Origin: Deinococcales bacterium
GTDB taxonomy: Bacteria; Deinococcota; Deinococci; Deinococcales; JAAFIG01
Assembly (NCBI GenBank): GCA_013298595.1
Contig: JAAFIG010000006.1
Location: 5-64,004 of the forward strand
Direction of reading: 5' to 3'
DNA length: 64,000 nucleotides
In this document: positions 20,736-31,104 of the stretch, one piece after another
Layout of the letters: each line of letters begins with the position of its first letter
Position numbering within the stretch: the first letter of the stretch is position 1
The notes under the pieces: generated by a model
Told to the model about the DNA's origin: nothing
Seen by the model: the letters and a program-made list of their open reading frames with translations, nothing else
Databases searched by the model: none
Made by a program: the position numbers and the translations under genes

Positions 20736-22323
20736 TTGTCCTTGCTGCATTGAGTAAACCAGCCCCGCATTGCTCAGCTGAACAAGCATCAAGATTGGCT
20801 CGAGAAGCACCTGCCACAATTTTTGTTCTAATCTGTGTTGGGGTTTGTGTTGGATCGATGGCTTTGAGCATCGCAGCCACACCACTCACCCACGGCGCGG
20901 CAAACGAAGTTCCTTTGAAACTACGATAACCAAATCCACCAGTGCCACTCGAGTCGTAAGAAGCACTTTGGGTTTCGCCCGGTGCGACTAAGGTTACCCA
21001 AGCGCCTGGGACACTAAAATTCGAGGGTTTGTACTTTTTGATATTTGTTTCAAACCAGACACTGCCGACAGCAATAATTGGTAACTCGAGGCTGTATGCC
21101 GCTGGGTAATTTGGTTCTGTGCCTTTGTTACCTGCCGAGGCAACCACCACAATATTGGCATCGGTAATGGTTTGAATAGCTTGTTTGATAATACTCGAGG
21201 GTTGTTGTGTACCAAAAGACATATTAATCACATCTGGTTTTTGCGTGATGGCATAGCAAATTCCTTCGATCACATCGATACCACGGCATTTCGTAGTTTG
21301 GTCACAAACCTTAACGGGTAAAATTTCTGCGCCACTGGCAGCGATATTCTCGGCGGGTAGCACACCCACTTGCCAGAATTCGGTACCAGCATTGTTACCC
21401 ACTTCGGTATCTCGAGCACCAATAATAGCAGCCACAGCAGTACCATGCCCAACCAATTCACTACCCGCATTTTTTGCAATGTCAGCGGTGTCTAACTCGA
21501 GGCTGACTGCTGAGGTGACACTTTCAGTGGTGAAATTACGCCCCGATAATAAATTGGTTTGCAGGACAGCACTAACTAAATTCTTAAAATCGGGATGCTG
21601 AGCGACACCAGTATCCAGTACAGCCACTCGAGGGGAGCGTTTGGGCATAGTTGGAATCAGCGTTTTCCAGTAGGTATAAGCACGGTCTAACTCGAGAGCA
21701 GCGAATTCGTTTAAGTGTTTGGTGTTGGTGGTTGGTCCTGTGTCAGAATAAGCGGCTCCTGTTCCGATTTGGTGTGGATTTGCCTCAAGAACATCGGGTA
21801 AATCACTAGCGGTATCCACAGCCCTCGACGCACTACCTTGTTGCTCAAGAACAGCTAAGGTTTTGCTGCAAATGCCCGCCGCACCACTATCGGCTGGCTT
21901 ATAATCTTTTAGAGTCATACCGCCATTACGAGCAATCAGTGTAGCTTTATTTAAATCTGGGTTTTCCTTAAAAATCACCAATGCTTGATCTGGGAAATAA
22001 TTATCGGGACTGGCAAGAATATTTAAGCCCTTTGCACTGGCAGATTGCTGGGCAGAATTAGATACAACCACGTCATAAGTACCCACTTTGAGACTAGGTA
22101 CTTTAACTTTTAATTCGTTGCCTATTATTGAATTAACCACAGCACTCTGACCACCAATAGTTACAACTGAACCGCTCGAGAATCCAGCACCTGTAACAAT
22201 AACTTCACCAGCAGGAGCAATAAAACGTGGGCGAACTTGGCGAATTTCTAGTGTGACTGGAGTGGTTGGGTTACATGCCACACACATTGTAATGGTGGTC
22301 ATAAATAATAGCAATTTTTTCAT
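20722..22323 (-). CDS. Lipoprotein with IPT/TIG domain and S8 subtilisin-like protease
   Basis: Lipobox-like CVAC; triad motifs VLDTG, GHGT, GTSFAAP; oxyanion motif SAGN. Confidence 0.92.
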   Translation of the reverse strand: MKKLLLFMTTITMCVACNPTTPVTLEIRQVRPRFIAPAGEVIVTGAGFSSGSVVTIGGQSAVVNSIIGNELKVKVPSLKVGTYDVVVSNSAQQSASAKGLNILASPDNYFPDQALVIFKENPDLNKATLIARNGGMTLKDYKPADSGAAGICSKTLAVLEQQGSASRAVDTASDLPDVLEANPHQIGTGAAYSDTGPTTNTKHLNEFAALELDRAYTYWKTLIPTMPKRSPRVAVLDTGVAQHPDFKNLVSAVLQTNLLSGRNFTTESVTSAVSLELDTADIAKNAGSELVGHGTAVAAIIGARDTEVGNNAGTEFWQVGVLPAENIAASGAEILPVKVCDQTTKCRGIDVIEGICYAITQKPDVINMSFGTQQPSSIIKQAIQTITDANIVVVASAGNKGTEPNYPAAYSLELPIIAVGSVWFETNIKKYKPSNFSVPGAWVTLVAPGETQSASYDSSGTGGFGYRSFKGTSFAAPWVSGVAAMLKAIDPTQTPTQIRTKIVAGASRANLDACSAEQCGAGLLNAARTISAP

Positions 22324-25199
22324 GAGTTGACTCCTTGTTGAGAAAGGTACTTGTTAATCTCTGTATGGTACGACGAAAAAGACTCATTGGTTACAAAAGG
22401 TTTAATTTGCTCGAGCCAGACTGTAGAATCGATTTGCAGAATTTCGGCAACCTCAAGCAGATTAAGCAGGGCAAGAAGTTGATTCTCTGAGTCTCGTATC
22501 GAAAATGCTTTTTCTAAAGCAGATTGATAGTTTTGTTGTGCAAGATGATATTCGGCAAGATAAAAATGCGTTGTGCCAATATTTTGATAAGCTCGAGCTT
22601 CTGCCCAAGGATCAAAGAACAGACGATTTAACTCAAGGGCTTGTTGAAACGCATTGAGCGCCTGCTCATATTTTTGAAATTGTGTGTAGTACATCCCCAA
22701 ATTGTTTAAGTTTCTTGCAATCCCGCTATCATCACCAAGTTTTCTATAAATTTTGAGTGATTCTTGCAAAGTTTGCTCTGTTCGAGAATCACTCATTTGG
22801 GTGTATACCATTCCTAAATTCATGAGCGAGATAGCAATTTTTGCATCATCTTCAAGTGCTTGCCGAATCGTTAAGCTGGCTTCAAATGCTTGTGCCGCTT
22901 CAGGGTATTTTTTCTCGAGCCTGTAAATCGTGCCTTGAATGTTTAAGGCATCGCTGCGGGTTAATTGCGCGGCGCTGTGATTCACTTCTTCGAGTATAAT
23001 CAGCGCTTGGCTGACAAGAACTTGGGCTTCCTCGAGTCGGTGCATTTTTAATGCCAGCAAGTTCGCTCTGGCTAACCATGCGGCACTGCGGCGCACTGGG
23101 TCTGTAACTTCTGGCTCGAGGATCGCAGCTTGGTTGAGTGTTTCAAGGGCATCGTTATGCCGTCCGTATCGCTCGAGGGCAGCGGCGCGTTCAGTTAGAG
23201 CGTGCAATCTTTGACTAGCGTTTTGGCTGTGGCTGCGGGCGTGTTCAAACCACTCGAGTGCTGAGGTTAAATCACCACGAATGCTGTGTTGTTTGCCTGT
23301 CTCGAGGAAGGCGTGCAGCATTTTTAGAATATCGGTTTCTTCCCAAGCATCTTTGGCGGCAAGGGCATGACGTGCAGCTTGGGTGGGTGCTAAGGCTCGA
23401 GCAGCGCGGAGGTGCAGGATTTGTTTGCGAGCTGAGCGGATGTTGTTAAGCACCACTTCGCGGATTAGGTCGTGTTTGAAGCGAGTGCCTTCTTCGGTTA
23501 AATGCAAAATATCAGTGATAGCGAGATGGTCTAGGTTTTCGCTGATTTCCTCAAGTGACCGCCCCGAAACACTTCTGAGCGCCGTGAGTTGTTGCCCATT
23601 GCCAAGTAAAGCTGCGACCTCGAGCAATTGCTGGGCGGTGTCTGGTAGCACTTCGATACGGTTTTTGACCAAATCAGTCAGGTCGTTGGTATTCCCTGCT
23701 CGCAGTAACTCGAGAACATAAAATGGGTTGCCACCACTTTGCTGATGCAGTTTTAATGGGTCGGTTTGTCTGCCGAGAGTCTGGGCAATTTCGGCAACTG
23801 CACTTTCTGGAATACCTTGGATTTCTACTCGAGTACCGCGTTGTTCTCGAGTGATGATTTCAAAAATGCTTCTGAGGTTATGCAGTGGTGTTTCGGTGTT
23901 GCGAAGTGTGCAGAGCACCAGTAAACCTTGGGTTCTGGGTTGTTGTACCAAATGAATCAGTAACTCGAGCGAGGTTTGGTCTGCCCATTGTAAATCGTCT
24001 AACAGCAATACTGTGCATTGACTTGGATCTGTGAGCAAAGCACTAATTGCGGCAAATAAGTGTTCTTTGTTGGTGTCGGTACTCGAGGCTTGTAAGGCAT
24101 CAGGTAGAAAAGCAGCCAGCGCGGATTGCCAAACTCGGTTCAGGTGTTCGATACCTTTTTGTTGCACGGCACGGCGAACAATGCGATCAAATAATCCCAA
24201 GGGTAAACCTGTTGGCGCAGCCACGCCTGCGAGCACCCAAGCGGGTTGGGCAACTCGAGCCATTTCTCGGGTTAAACGGGTTTTGCCCACACCCGGTTCG
24301 CCTGATAAAAGCACCAAACGGGTTGCGCCGTTTCGTACCCGCTCGAGTTCCTTACTTAGCACAGCAAGTTCTTGGTCACGCCCAAAGACTGGCACATCCA
24401 CCCCCTGCTCGAGTCCGAGGGATACACCAAGATTGTTTGGTTGTATGGCAAATTCTTTTTTCAGAGTTGCAAGACAAACTTCGGGATTGGAACGAGCTAA
24501 CTCTAAAGCAGCTCGAGTGCTGGAACTGGGTTGTACTTCGAGTTCTTCGCGTAAACGTGTTTCGAGTTTTTGGAATGCTGTTTGGGCACGAATTTCGCGG
24601 TTTAAAGCACCAGCAGCAAGAATTAACAACCGCGTAGCATCTTCTCTTGGTGGTAAATGTTCGGCTTGGGTTATCTCGAGTAGCGCTAAGGCATCGGATA
24701 CCTCGAGACCCGCTAAGTACACCCGCGCTAAACGCCAAGCCAATTCGGCTCGAGTGGCTTCGAGTTGTTCGCGGCGAGTGAGTAACCAGTCCTCGAATTC
24801 GCCACCAAAACCATCTTCCCATTCGGGCAAACGCACATTCTCGAGAAAAGCGCCTCGGTACAACATTAACGCCTGATGCCAACTGTCTGGGTTGTCCACC
24901 TCGAGTAACGCTGCTTCGAGTTGCAAGGCATCGCAAGTGAAACCCGCTTGTAAAAATAGTGTTTCGGCATCGCCTTCGAGCCATTTTTTCAGCACATCGC
25001 GGATACTGACTCGAGCTGCCGAAACACTGTTGAGTGGGTCGCTGGCATTGGACCATAACAACCGAGCTAAATCGCGGCGAGAAGCTCTGCCCTCGAGGGC
25101 TAAGTATGCCAGTACCAGCATGGGTTTGATGCCAAGTTTTACCACTCGCCCACGAACCTCGAGCTGTGGTGTACCAAGTACATTCAGAACCAATGTCAT
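22320..25199 (-). CDS. SARP/BTAD-AAA ATPase-TPR (STAND) transcriptional regulator
   Basis: LAYLAL...R..LA.LLW wHTH, BTAD (LYRGAFL...FEDWL), GEPGVGKTRL, LLLDDLQWAD, GGNPFY, C-terminal TPRs. Confidence 0.9.
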   Translation of the reverse strand: MTLVLNVLGTPQLEVRGRVVKLGIKPMLVLAYLALEGRASRRDLARLLWSNASDPLNSVSAARVSIRDVLKKWLEGDAETLFLQAGFTCDALQLEAALLEVDNPDSWHQALMLYRGAFLENVRLPEWEDGFGGEFEDWLLTRREQLEATRAELAWRLARVYLAGLEVSDALALLEITQAEHLPPREDATRLLILAAGALNREIRAQTAFQKLETRLREELEVQPSSSTRAALELARSNPEVCLATLKKEFAIQPNNLGVSLGLEQGVDVPVFGRDQELAVLSKELERVRNGATRLVLLSGEPGVGKTRLTREMARVAQPAWVLAGVAAPTGLPLGLFDRIVRRAVQQKGIEHLNRVWQSALAAFLPDALQASSTDTNKEHLFAAISALLTDPSQCTVLLLDDLQWADQTSLELLIHLVQQPRTQGLLVLCTLRNTETPLHNLRSIFEIITREQRGTRVEIQGIPESAVAEIAQTLGRQTDPLKLHQQSGGNPFYVLELLRAGNTNDLTDLVKNRIEVLPDTAQQLLEVAALLGNGQQLTALRSVSGRSLEEISENLDHLAITDILHLTEEGTRFKHDLIREVVLNNIRSARKQILHLRAARALAPTQAARHALAAKDAWEETDILKMLHAFLETGKQHSIRGDLTSALEWFEHARSHSQNASQRLHALTERAAALERYGRHNDALETLNQAAILEPEVTDPVRRSAAWLARANLLALKMHRLEEAQVLVSQALIILEEVNHSAAQLTRSDALNIQGTIYRLEKKYPEAAQAFEASLTIRQALEDDAKIAISLMNLGMVYTQMSDSRTEQTLQESLKIYRKLGDDSGIARNLNNLGMYYTQFQKYEQALNAFQQALELNRLFFDPWAEARAYQNIGTTHFYLAEYHLAQQNYQSALEKAFSIRDSENQLLALLNLLEVAEILQIDSTVWLEQIKPFVTNESFSSYHTEINKYLSQQGVNS

Positions 25200-25295
25200 T
25201 ACCTACCAGCATACTCCGAGTCAACAAATCACCTCCTAGAATAAGGATATAAAAGACCCTCTGAAAGCAGTCTGATTAAAACTTTGTTGTCAAAC

Positions 25296-25333
25296 ACAAA
25301 AAGACTCGAGCGGGAGTACTCGAGCCTTTTTGT
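25296..25333. terminator. Hairpin built on two CTCGAG sites
   Basis: ACAAAAAGA-CTCGAG-n8-CTCGAG-CCTTTTTGT downstream of prmA. Confidence 0.6.
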
Positions 25334-25475
25334 AGTTAGAAGCTCGAGTGGGGAGAACTCGAGTTCCTTGGGATATGGGGGCTTTCTTACCTCGAACCAA
25401 AAACTCGAGGTGAAATCAGTGTACAAATGAGGTGTTACAGTTGCCGAAACAAAATTTTGCTTCTCAGATTGGCGC

Positions 25476-26297
25476 TTAAACTTGAGTCGCTTCAAGCAGC
25501 ACCCAATCGCCAAGTTGATCGCGTTTGGTCACGCTAAACCCATGATTTTGTAATGCCTCGAGTACCAGTGTTTCGCGTCCGCTCGAGGTATCCCATGTGA
25601 TGCGTTCGCCTGCGTCAGCTTGCTCTGTACCTGCCAGAATCCCTGTGAGGATTAAACGCCCGTTTGGTTGTAATGCTTGTACATATTGTGGCATCAGCAT
25701 GGCGTGCAGTTCGGCAAATAAATTAGCAATCAGCAAATCAAATGGTGCAAGATGCAACGCATTCTCGAGAATGCCATCTAAGAATGTTGCTGACACTTGG
25801 TTTTGCACTGCGTTTTCTCGAGCTACTGGCACGGTACTCGAGTCGTTATCCACCCCAAAAGCGGTTGCACCAAGTTTGGCAGCAACAATGGCAAGAATGC
25901 CTGTGCCCGCCCCAACATCCAACACTTTTTGTTGCTCGAGATTATGGTTTTGTAGGGCAGCAATTGCCATGCGGGTGGTTTCGTGTTGTCCTGTGCCAAA
26001 AGCCAATCCTGGCTCGAGGATGATGTTCAAAGCTATGTTGTTATTCGTCTCGAGCCACGGTGGTGTGATAGTCACTTGTCCGACGGTAACGGGTTGCACA
26101 CTGGCGCGGTATTTGGCAATCCAATCGGTATCATCAGCTTTTGCCCACGTGCCAGCAAAGGGTAACTCGAGTTGTTCGGCAAAATACGCAATGACGGTGT
26201 TGCCATCTTCGGTTAAACCTTGGCAACCTGCGTCCCATAAGTCTGGGGTGATGTGATCTAAATTCTCCAGAGTGCCGAGCATTCGATAAGTGAACAT
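25476..26297 (-). CDS. prmA: 50S ribosomal protein L11 methyltransferase
   Basis: EPGLAFGTGQHETT, VLDVGAGTGILA, ANL, LILTGIL. Confidence 0.95.
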   Translation of the reverse strand: MFTYRMLGTLENLDHITPDLWDAGCQGLTEDGNTVIAYFAEQLELPFAGTWAKADDTDWIAKYRASVQPVTVGQVTITPPWLETNNNIALNIILEPGLAFGTGQHETTRMAIAALQNHNLEQQKVLDVGAGTGILAIVAAKLGATAFGVDNDSSTVPVARENAVQNQVSATFLDGILENALHLAPFDLLIANLFAELHAMLMPQYVQALQPNGRLILTGILAGTEQADAGERITWDTSSGRETLVLEALQNHGFSVTKRDQLGDWVLLEATQV

Positions 26298-26333
26298 GAT
26301 TGCATTCTAACGGGCAAAGACTCGAGGAATGAA

Positions 26334-26361
26334 AAAAGGCAAACCAATTGGTTTGCCTTTT
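26334..26361. terminator. rpsO terminator (28 bp perfect palindrome)
   Basis: AAAAGGCAAACCAATTGGTTTGCCTTTT. Confidence 0.8.
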
Positions 26362-26366
26362 AAAAC

Positions 26367-26458
26367 TACTGTGTTGCTTTAACAGCGCATACTGTGTTGC
26401 TTTAACAGCGCATACTGTGTTGCTTTAACAGCGCATACCGTGTTGCTTTAGCGGCGCA
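26367..26458. repeat. 4 x 23 bp tandem repeat overlapping the rpsO stop codon
   Basis: TACTGTGTTGCTTTAACAGCGCA x3 plus the variant TACCGTGTTGCTTTAGCGGCGCA. Confidence 0.95.
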
Positions 26459-26717
26459 AGCCGAGGCGTTCGATCAGCTTTTTGTATGCTTCTGGGTTGT
26501 TTTCGCGCATATAGCGTGACAGACGGTTACGTTGACCAACCAAGAGTTGCAAACCGCGTTGACCGTGCTTGTCTTTTTTGTTGCCAGTTAAGTGGCTGGA
26601 CAAGTTGTTGATACGGTGGGTGAGAATGGCAATTTGCACTTGGGTGCTGCCAGTATCGCCTTCAAATGTGGCGTAATCTTTGATGGCTTTGGCTTTTTCT
26701 GCTGCTGAAAATGACAT
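26448..26717 (-). CDS. rpsO: 30S ribosomal protein S15
   Basis: [34 protein letters not shown]...LGLRR; 89 aa. Confidence 0.97.
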   Translation of the reverse strand: MSFSAAEKAKAIKDYATFEGDTGSTQVQIAILTHRINNLSSHLTGNKKDKHGQRGLQLLVGQRNRLSRYMRENNPEAYKKLIERLGLRR

Positions 26718-26818
26718 GATGTTACCTCTTATTTTATAAAGTCCGGCAAGCTCGAGCCACACAAAATCCGTGTACCCTTACTCCCGCGAGGCAGAACCGT
26801 ATCACACAAATGCAGTTT

Positions 26819-28849
26819 TCACAAGGGCTTCTCGAGTAAGGTTAAGCCAATTAAGGTTGGATTGCTTTGCAGCCCTGCACTTTCGATGGTTAAGCGCCTA
26901 ATCTCGAGGTCTGGTTTGGGGTTCTTCCAGGTAAAAACCACGAGGTTAATGGCTAATCCATCCTTGGTGGTGCTTTGCCAAACAGGGTCAAAAATCGTAG
27001 TTTTGACCAGCGGTTCTGTCCAAGCCGAGATATTCCGCCCATACTCGAGTGGAATATTAACAGTGCTGCCATCGGTATATTCGACAATATACGCCCCAAT
27101 TTTGGTACGAGGTGTGGTTAATGGTGATAACCAACCAGCCGTATGCAAACACGCAAAACTGGCAGCCTTGGTGCCAAGCTCGAGGCTAACCCGTGCTGGC
27201 AGATCTTGAGCTGTACTACGAGCGCCTTTGAGCATGATGCTGCTGCTAATGTCGAAAGCATAGCCGCCAAGCCGTACATTCGATCCTGTGGGCAATGAGG
27301 ATAAATCCACGCCACTGCCTTTTTGAATCCACCCTGTTTCATTTGTATCGGTTAAGGCTCGAGTGGCAAGACTGCTTAAATTGACCAATGTGCCAGGAAT
27401 TGGTGCGATTTTAGCAGGGAAACGCGCATCTCGGTACCGAGCCGCTGCATCAGATGGGCCAGGGCTACTTGGATTCCAAAACGCATTACCCGCACTAACA
27501 TAAGCTATCCCCTGCTCGACCTGACCGTCCAACATTGTGACATTACCAAAATACCCACTCCAACGGGTTTGAATCGCTCCAAAAGCACCAACTCGAGCCA
27601 CCGCATTTGCCATTGTTTCGGGGTTTTGGGCAGCAAACCAACTCGAGCCAAGGGTACGAAAACCTTGTTTTTGAATGTAGTCCAGCATTGGATAATCCGC
27701 TGCTGGACTGTAATTCCAGTAGGTAATCACAATATCTTTAGGCAGTAATGGCAAAATCTGATCGCGGTACGATTCTGTAGCAGCCACATCGTGCCAAATC
27801 ATCGTGCCAACCCCGAGTTGTTTGAGGTGCGAATACAAACGCACTGCGTGATCGGCAAAGAGTTTAGGTAAACCCAGCGCAATCCCATCAGCTCGAGCGG
27901 GAAAACGATCCCGAGCTGCCACTTCATCATGTCCAATATGCACAAATTCTGGTTTGAACACATCCACAGCTTCGGACAGCACAGGTAAGATAATTTTGTA
28001 AACCTTTTCATCCAAGGTGTTATAGGCATATGGGTCTTTGGAATCTGGGTCTTGCATCAAATCCCGATTTTGGTTGTTATAAAAAAACCATTGAGCATGA
28101 CCGGGTGTTTCGATTAACGGAATTGCTTTCATACCGTAAGTGCGAATTAACTCGGCAACACGGCGTGCCTCATCCTTAGTAGCACCATTTGGATGCCACA
28201 TATTTTGCGTACTATCCCAACGCACATAATTACACATCACCAGAACACTCGAGAATTTGAGTTTTGCTAATAATGGAATGATAATGTCATTCACACCTTG
28301 ACTAGCATTATCCAGATAAATCATGGCGACCCGATTTTGCAAAGCAGGAAAATCGGCAATCTGAGCAAACCGAAACCCATCCTTAACCAGTAACTGCCGT
28401 AAACTCTGGGCACCACGATACGCACCTAAAGCATCAAAACCAACCAGCACCGCTCCCGTTGCATCCACCCACAAGGCATACCCCTCAGCTCGAGTGGGCA
28501 ACAAACCCTTGGCTGTAGCAAACGCCTTTAATTCTGCATTCTCGAGCGTACCAATACGAATTTGTTTAGTTGCTGCACCCACAGGCAAAATTACAAAACC
28601 ACGTTGCACCAACTCGGCATTGATATCTCGAGCCGCCCACGTGAATTCCTGAGCTGCCCCCTCGAGTTTAATACTCAGCCCAGCCAATGGTAAAACCCCT
28701 GTCTCGAGTACAATTTTTTGAGGATTCGGCAAGATACTTGGATGAGGATTCCCCTGAAACGCATCTAGCACACGCTGCATGGGTAAATTTTGCGCCGCAG
28801 CACTCGAGCAGAAGAATACGAGGAGAAGCAAAACAATTCGATATGTCAT
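26819..28849 (-). CDS. Secreted GH20 beta-N-acetylhexosaminidase
   Basis: Signal peptide, EGYAL, IADFP, ETPGHA, catalytic HIGHDE. Confidence 0.88.
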   Translation of the reverse strand: MTYRIVLLLLVFFCSSAAAQNLPMQRVLDAFQGNPHPSILPNPQKIVLETGVLPLAGLSIKLEGAAQEFTWAARDINAELVQRGFVILPVGAATKQIRIGTLENAELKAFATAKGLLPTRAEGYALWVDATGAVLVGFDALGAYRGAQSLRQLLVKDGFRFAQIADFPALQNRVAMIYLDNASQGVNDIIIPLLAKLKFSSVLVMCNYVRWDSTQNMWHPNGATKDEARRVAELIRTYGMKAIPLIETPGHAQWFFYNNQNRDLMQDPDSKDPYAYNTLDEKVYKIILPVLSEAVDVFKPEFVHIGHDEVAARDRFPARADGIALGLPKLFADHAVRLYSHLKQLGVGTMIWHDVAATESYRDQILPLLPKDIVITYWNYSPAADYPMLDYIQKQGFRTLGSSWFAAQNPETMANAVARVGAFGAIQTRWSGYFGNVTMLDGQVEQGIAYVSAGNAFWNPSSPGPSDAAARYRDARFPAKIAPIPGTLVNLSSLATRALTDTNETGWIQKGSGVDLSSLPTGSNVRLGGYAFDISSSIMLKGARSTAQDLPARVSLELGTKAASFACLHTAGWLSPLTTPRTKIGAYIVEYTDGSTVNIPLEYGRNISAWTEPLVKTTIFDPVWQSTTKDGLAINLVVFTWKNPKPDLEIRRLTIESAGLQSNPTLIGLTLLEKPL

Positions 28850-28943
28850 AAGTGCAAAAAGCATAGAAGGCAAAGATGAGACTTCAGCAATCAACGTGAA
28901 AAAAGCAACTTTTTTGTTATTGATCTCGTAAAGTGTACTCGAG

Positions 28944-29471
28944 ATGAAGACTTGTCCATTTTGCAACTCGAGTACACCTGAGAATGCTATTCGTTGTCCT
29001 ACTTGTGATAAAGAGTTATCTCTTATCCTGTACCAAGGAGAACATGGTGTTATCACAACGACGGAGTTACAACTTACAACTCCTGATTACTTCTTTCGAT
29101 CTCAATTTCGCTGCCATATCACAGACATTGCTGCGATTGAAGTTACAAATAATTTTTGGCGCGGTAAAAATTACTCATATCAATCAGTCATAGATTGCAT
29201 TTTGGGTATTATTTTCTTTGGACTTTTTATTGCCTCACAGAGTCGAATCATTACAAGAATAGACTTTGTTTACTTACCAATTGGCATTTTTAGTCTAAGC
29301 AAAGGCATTATCGGACTTTGGAATTTAACCCGCACAGATGTTTACTTTGTTATAGCTAATATCAAACCAAGCGCCAAAAAATCACGCCGCATCATCACCA
29401 TTTGTGATGAGTTTGAACCCACACAAGCACAAGCCATTGCAGACCGAATCCGCACTCATATCACACCTTAA
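28944..29471 (+). CDS. Zinc-ribbon membrane protein
   Basis: CPFC...CPTC at the N-terminus and two hydrophobic segments. Confidence 0.65.
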   Translation: MKTCPFCNSSTPENAIRCPTCDKELSLILYQGEHGVITTTELQLTTPDYFFRSQFRCHITDIAAIEVTNNFWRGKNYSYQSVIDCILGIIFFGLFIASQSRIITRIDFVYLPIGIFSLSKGIIGLWNLTRTDVYFVIANIKPSAKKSRRIITICDEFEPTQAQAIADRIRTHITP

Positions 29472-30148
29472 AGCAATCTCGAGTAATCCTCAACTAGCAA
29501 ACGCACGGGGGCAACATCTTCTTCGATACTTGGAAACCTACCCACGGGTTCTAGAAAATGGTTATCGGTGTGGTCATCGTTGACAGTGGATACCTCGCCG
29601 ACCAGCACAGGGGCTTTCTTGGCTTTGAACTGGTGGTACTGCAATGGTTGCAAAGTAATGCTTTGCCCTGGCTCGAGCAGAATACTGCCACCAGCGGGAA
29701 CAGTATGCCAAAGTCCATCGCAGTTGACTCGAATATCGGCATTGGTAATTTGATAATTGTCATCAGCTTGGTACAAAGTAATCTCGAGTTGTCCTCCGCC
29801 TCGGTTGATGATGTCTTCAGTTTTACGATAATGAAAGTGATGCAAAACCAGTTGCTCGGGTTGGCAGAGCAGAACTTTTTCGCAGTACACCTGACCATGC
29901 CCAGCGGCTAATTCCTCGAGTGTGCCGTTGCGAATGGTAAACAGCAGTACACCTTTTTGCGCGTACTGCCCTAAGCCAAAATCGGTGATGTCCCAACCCA
30001 AATTGCGATCTTTGATTTGTTGCGCTGCCGTGCCAAGGCGTTGCCAATCGGAGAGTGTCCAATGGGCAAAAGGTGGTAAGTAAAAACCAAATTGATGAAT
30101 GAACGCATCTGCCTCGAGAATCAATTGATTAATTTCGGAGCGTTTCAT
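29468..30148 (-). CDS. D-lyxose/D-mannose family sugar isomerase (cupin)
   Basis: MKRSEIN, LGWDITDFG, YCEK, HFH..KTEDIINRGGG, GEVSTVNDD. Confidence 0.9.
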   Translation of the reverse strand: MKRSEINQLILEADAFIHQFGFYLPPFAHWTLSDWQRLGTAAQQIKDRNLGWDITDFGLGQYAQKGVLLFTIRNGTLEELAAGHGQVYCEKVLLCQPEQLVLHHFHYRKTEDIINRGGGQLEITLYQADDNYQITNADIRVNCDGLWHTVPAGGSILLEPGQSITLQPLQYHQFKAKKAPVLVGEVSTVNDDHTDNHFLEPVGRFPSIEEDVAPVRLLVEDYSRLL

Positions 30149-31104
30149 GATTTTTCCTTGACTGTGTCTGCCATTTGCTCGAGATTTGCCCAATCCGTTA
30201 TGCCTGTCATAGCACCAATGGCTTGTACGCACATCGCTCCTGCGGCATTACCAAGTTGCCCGCAGCGTAATAAATTTTGGTTACGTAAAAACCCTGCCAG
30301 AAAACCGGCAATGAACGCATCGCCTGAACCAGTGCCATCCACGGCTTGTACAGGCAGACTCTCGAGCCGATGCGTTTGCCCTTGGCGATAGCAGATCAGC
30401 GACCCTGCTTCTCCTATTTTTAGGGCAACAATCTTTTGCACTCCCATTTCAAACAATGCTTTAGCAATCTCAAGTGGTTCGCTTTGCCCTGTGATCTGAG
30501 CAGCATCGTGGATCGATGGGCAGAAAATATCGGTGTAAGGCAGCACATTTTTGATCCGTGACCATTGCCCCGTGGCATCCCAAACATTATCGAGCGATGT
30601 TGTAAAACCCAATTTTTTTGCTCGAGCAAACAGTTCTTTGGCGGGTTCACCATTGGGATTATCCATCTTGGTGAGCGCATAAAACCCTGCAAGGTGCAAC
30701 AATCGCGCCCCTCGAGCTTGTAATGCCTCGAGGGGTACATCTTCTGGGCAGAGGTTAGCATTTGCACCGATAGCATGCAGAAAAGTGCGTTCACCTGTTT
30801 CGTCCACCAGCACTTGTGTCGCCGATGTTCGGGCGTTTGCATCGCGGATAAAATGACTTTCTGCGCCGTGTCTTGTTGTTTCGCTAACCAAAAAATCGCC
30901 AAAACCATCCGCGCCAATCCGACCAATCACAGCGGTTGGCACAGCAAATCTTGCCAGTGCATACCCAGTGCTGGCAGCACTTCCACCTGAGCAAAGCAGA
31001 ATTTCATCGACCAACGCCAATTTGCCCTTTTCGGGTGTGCCAATCACCACTCGAGCGATTGCATCGGCAACAACAATCCCCACAGAGACTGCCTCGAGTT
31101 TCAT
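30145..31104 (-). CDS. PfkB-family carbohydrate kinase
   Basis: GGSAASTG, IGADGFG, VDGTGSGDAFIAG. Confidence 0.92.
   Translation of the reverse strand: MKLEAVSVGIVVADAIARVVIGTPEKGKLALVDEILLCSGGSAASTGYALARFAVPTAVIGRIGADGFGDFLVSETTRHGAESHFIRDANARTSATQVLVDETGERTFLHAIGANANLCPEDVPLEALQARGARLLHLAGFYALTKMDNPNGEPAKELFARAKKLGFTTSLDNVWDATGQWSRIKNVLPYTDIFCPSIHDAAQITGQSEPLEIAKALFEMGVQKIVALKIGEAGSLICYRQGQTHRLESLPVQAVDGTGSGDAFIAGFLAGFLRNQNLLRCGQLGNAAGAMCVQAIGAMTGITDWANLEQMADTVKEKS

Noticed and set aside
18980-26256. Long antisense or alternate-frame ORFs (18980-19777, 24031-24876, 24376-25227, 25597-26256)
   Set aside because: They are shadows of well-supported genes and carry no motifs of their own.
26367-26458. 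CRISPR array (23 bp repeats)
   Set aside because: No spacers; the unit derives from the rpsO 3' end.
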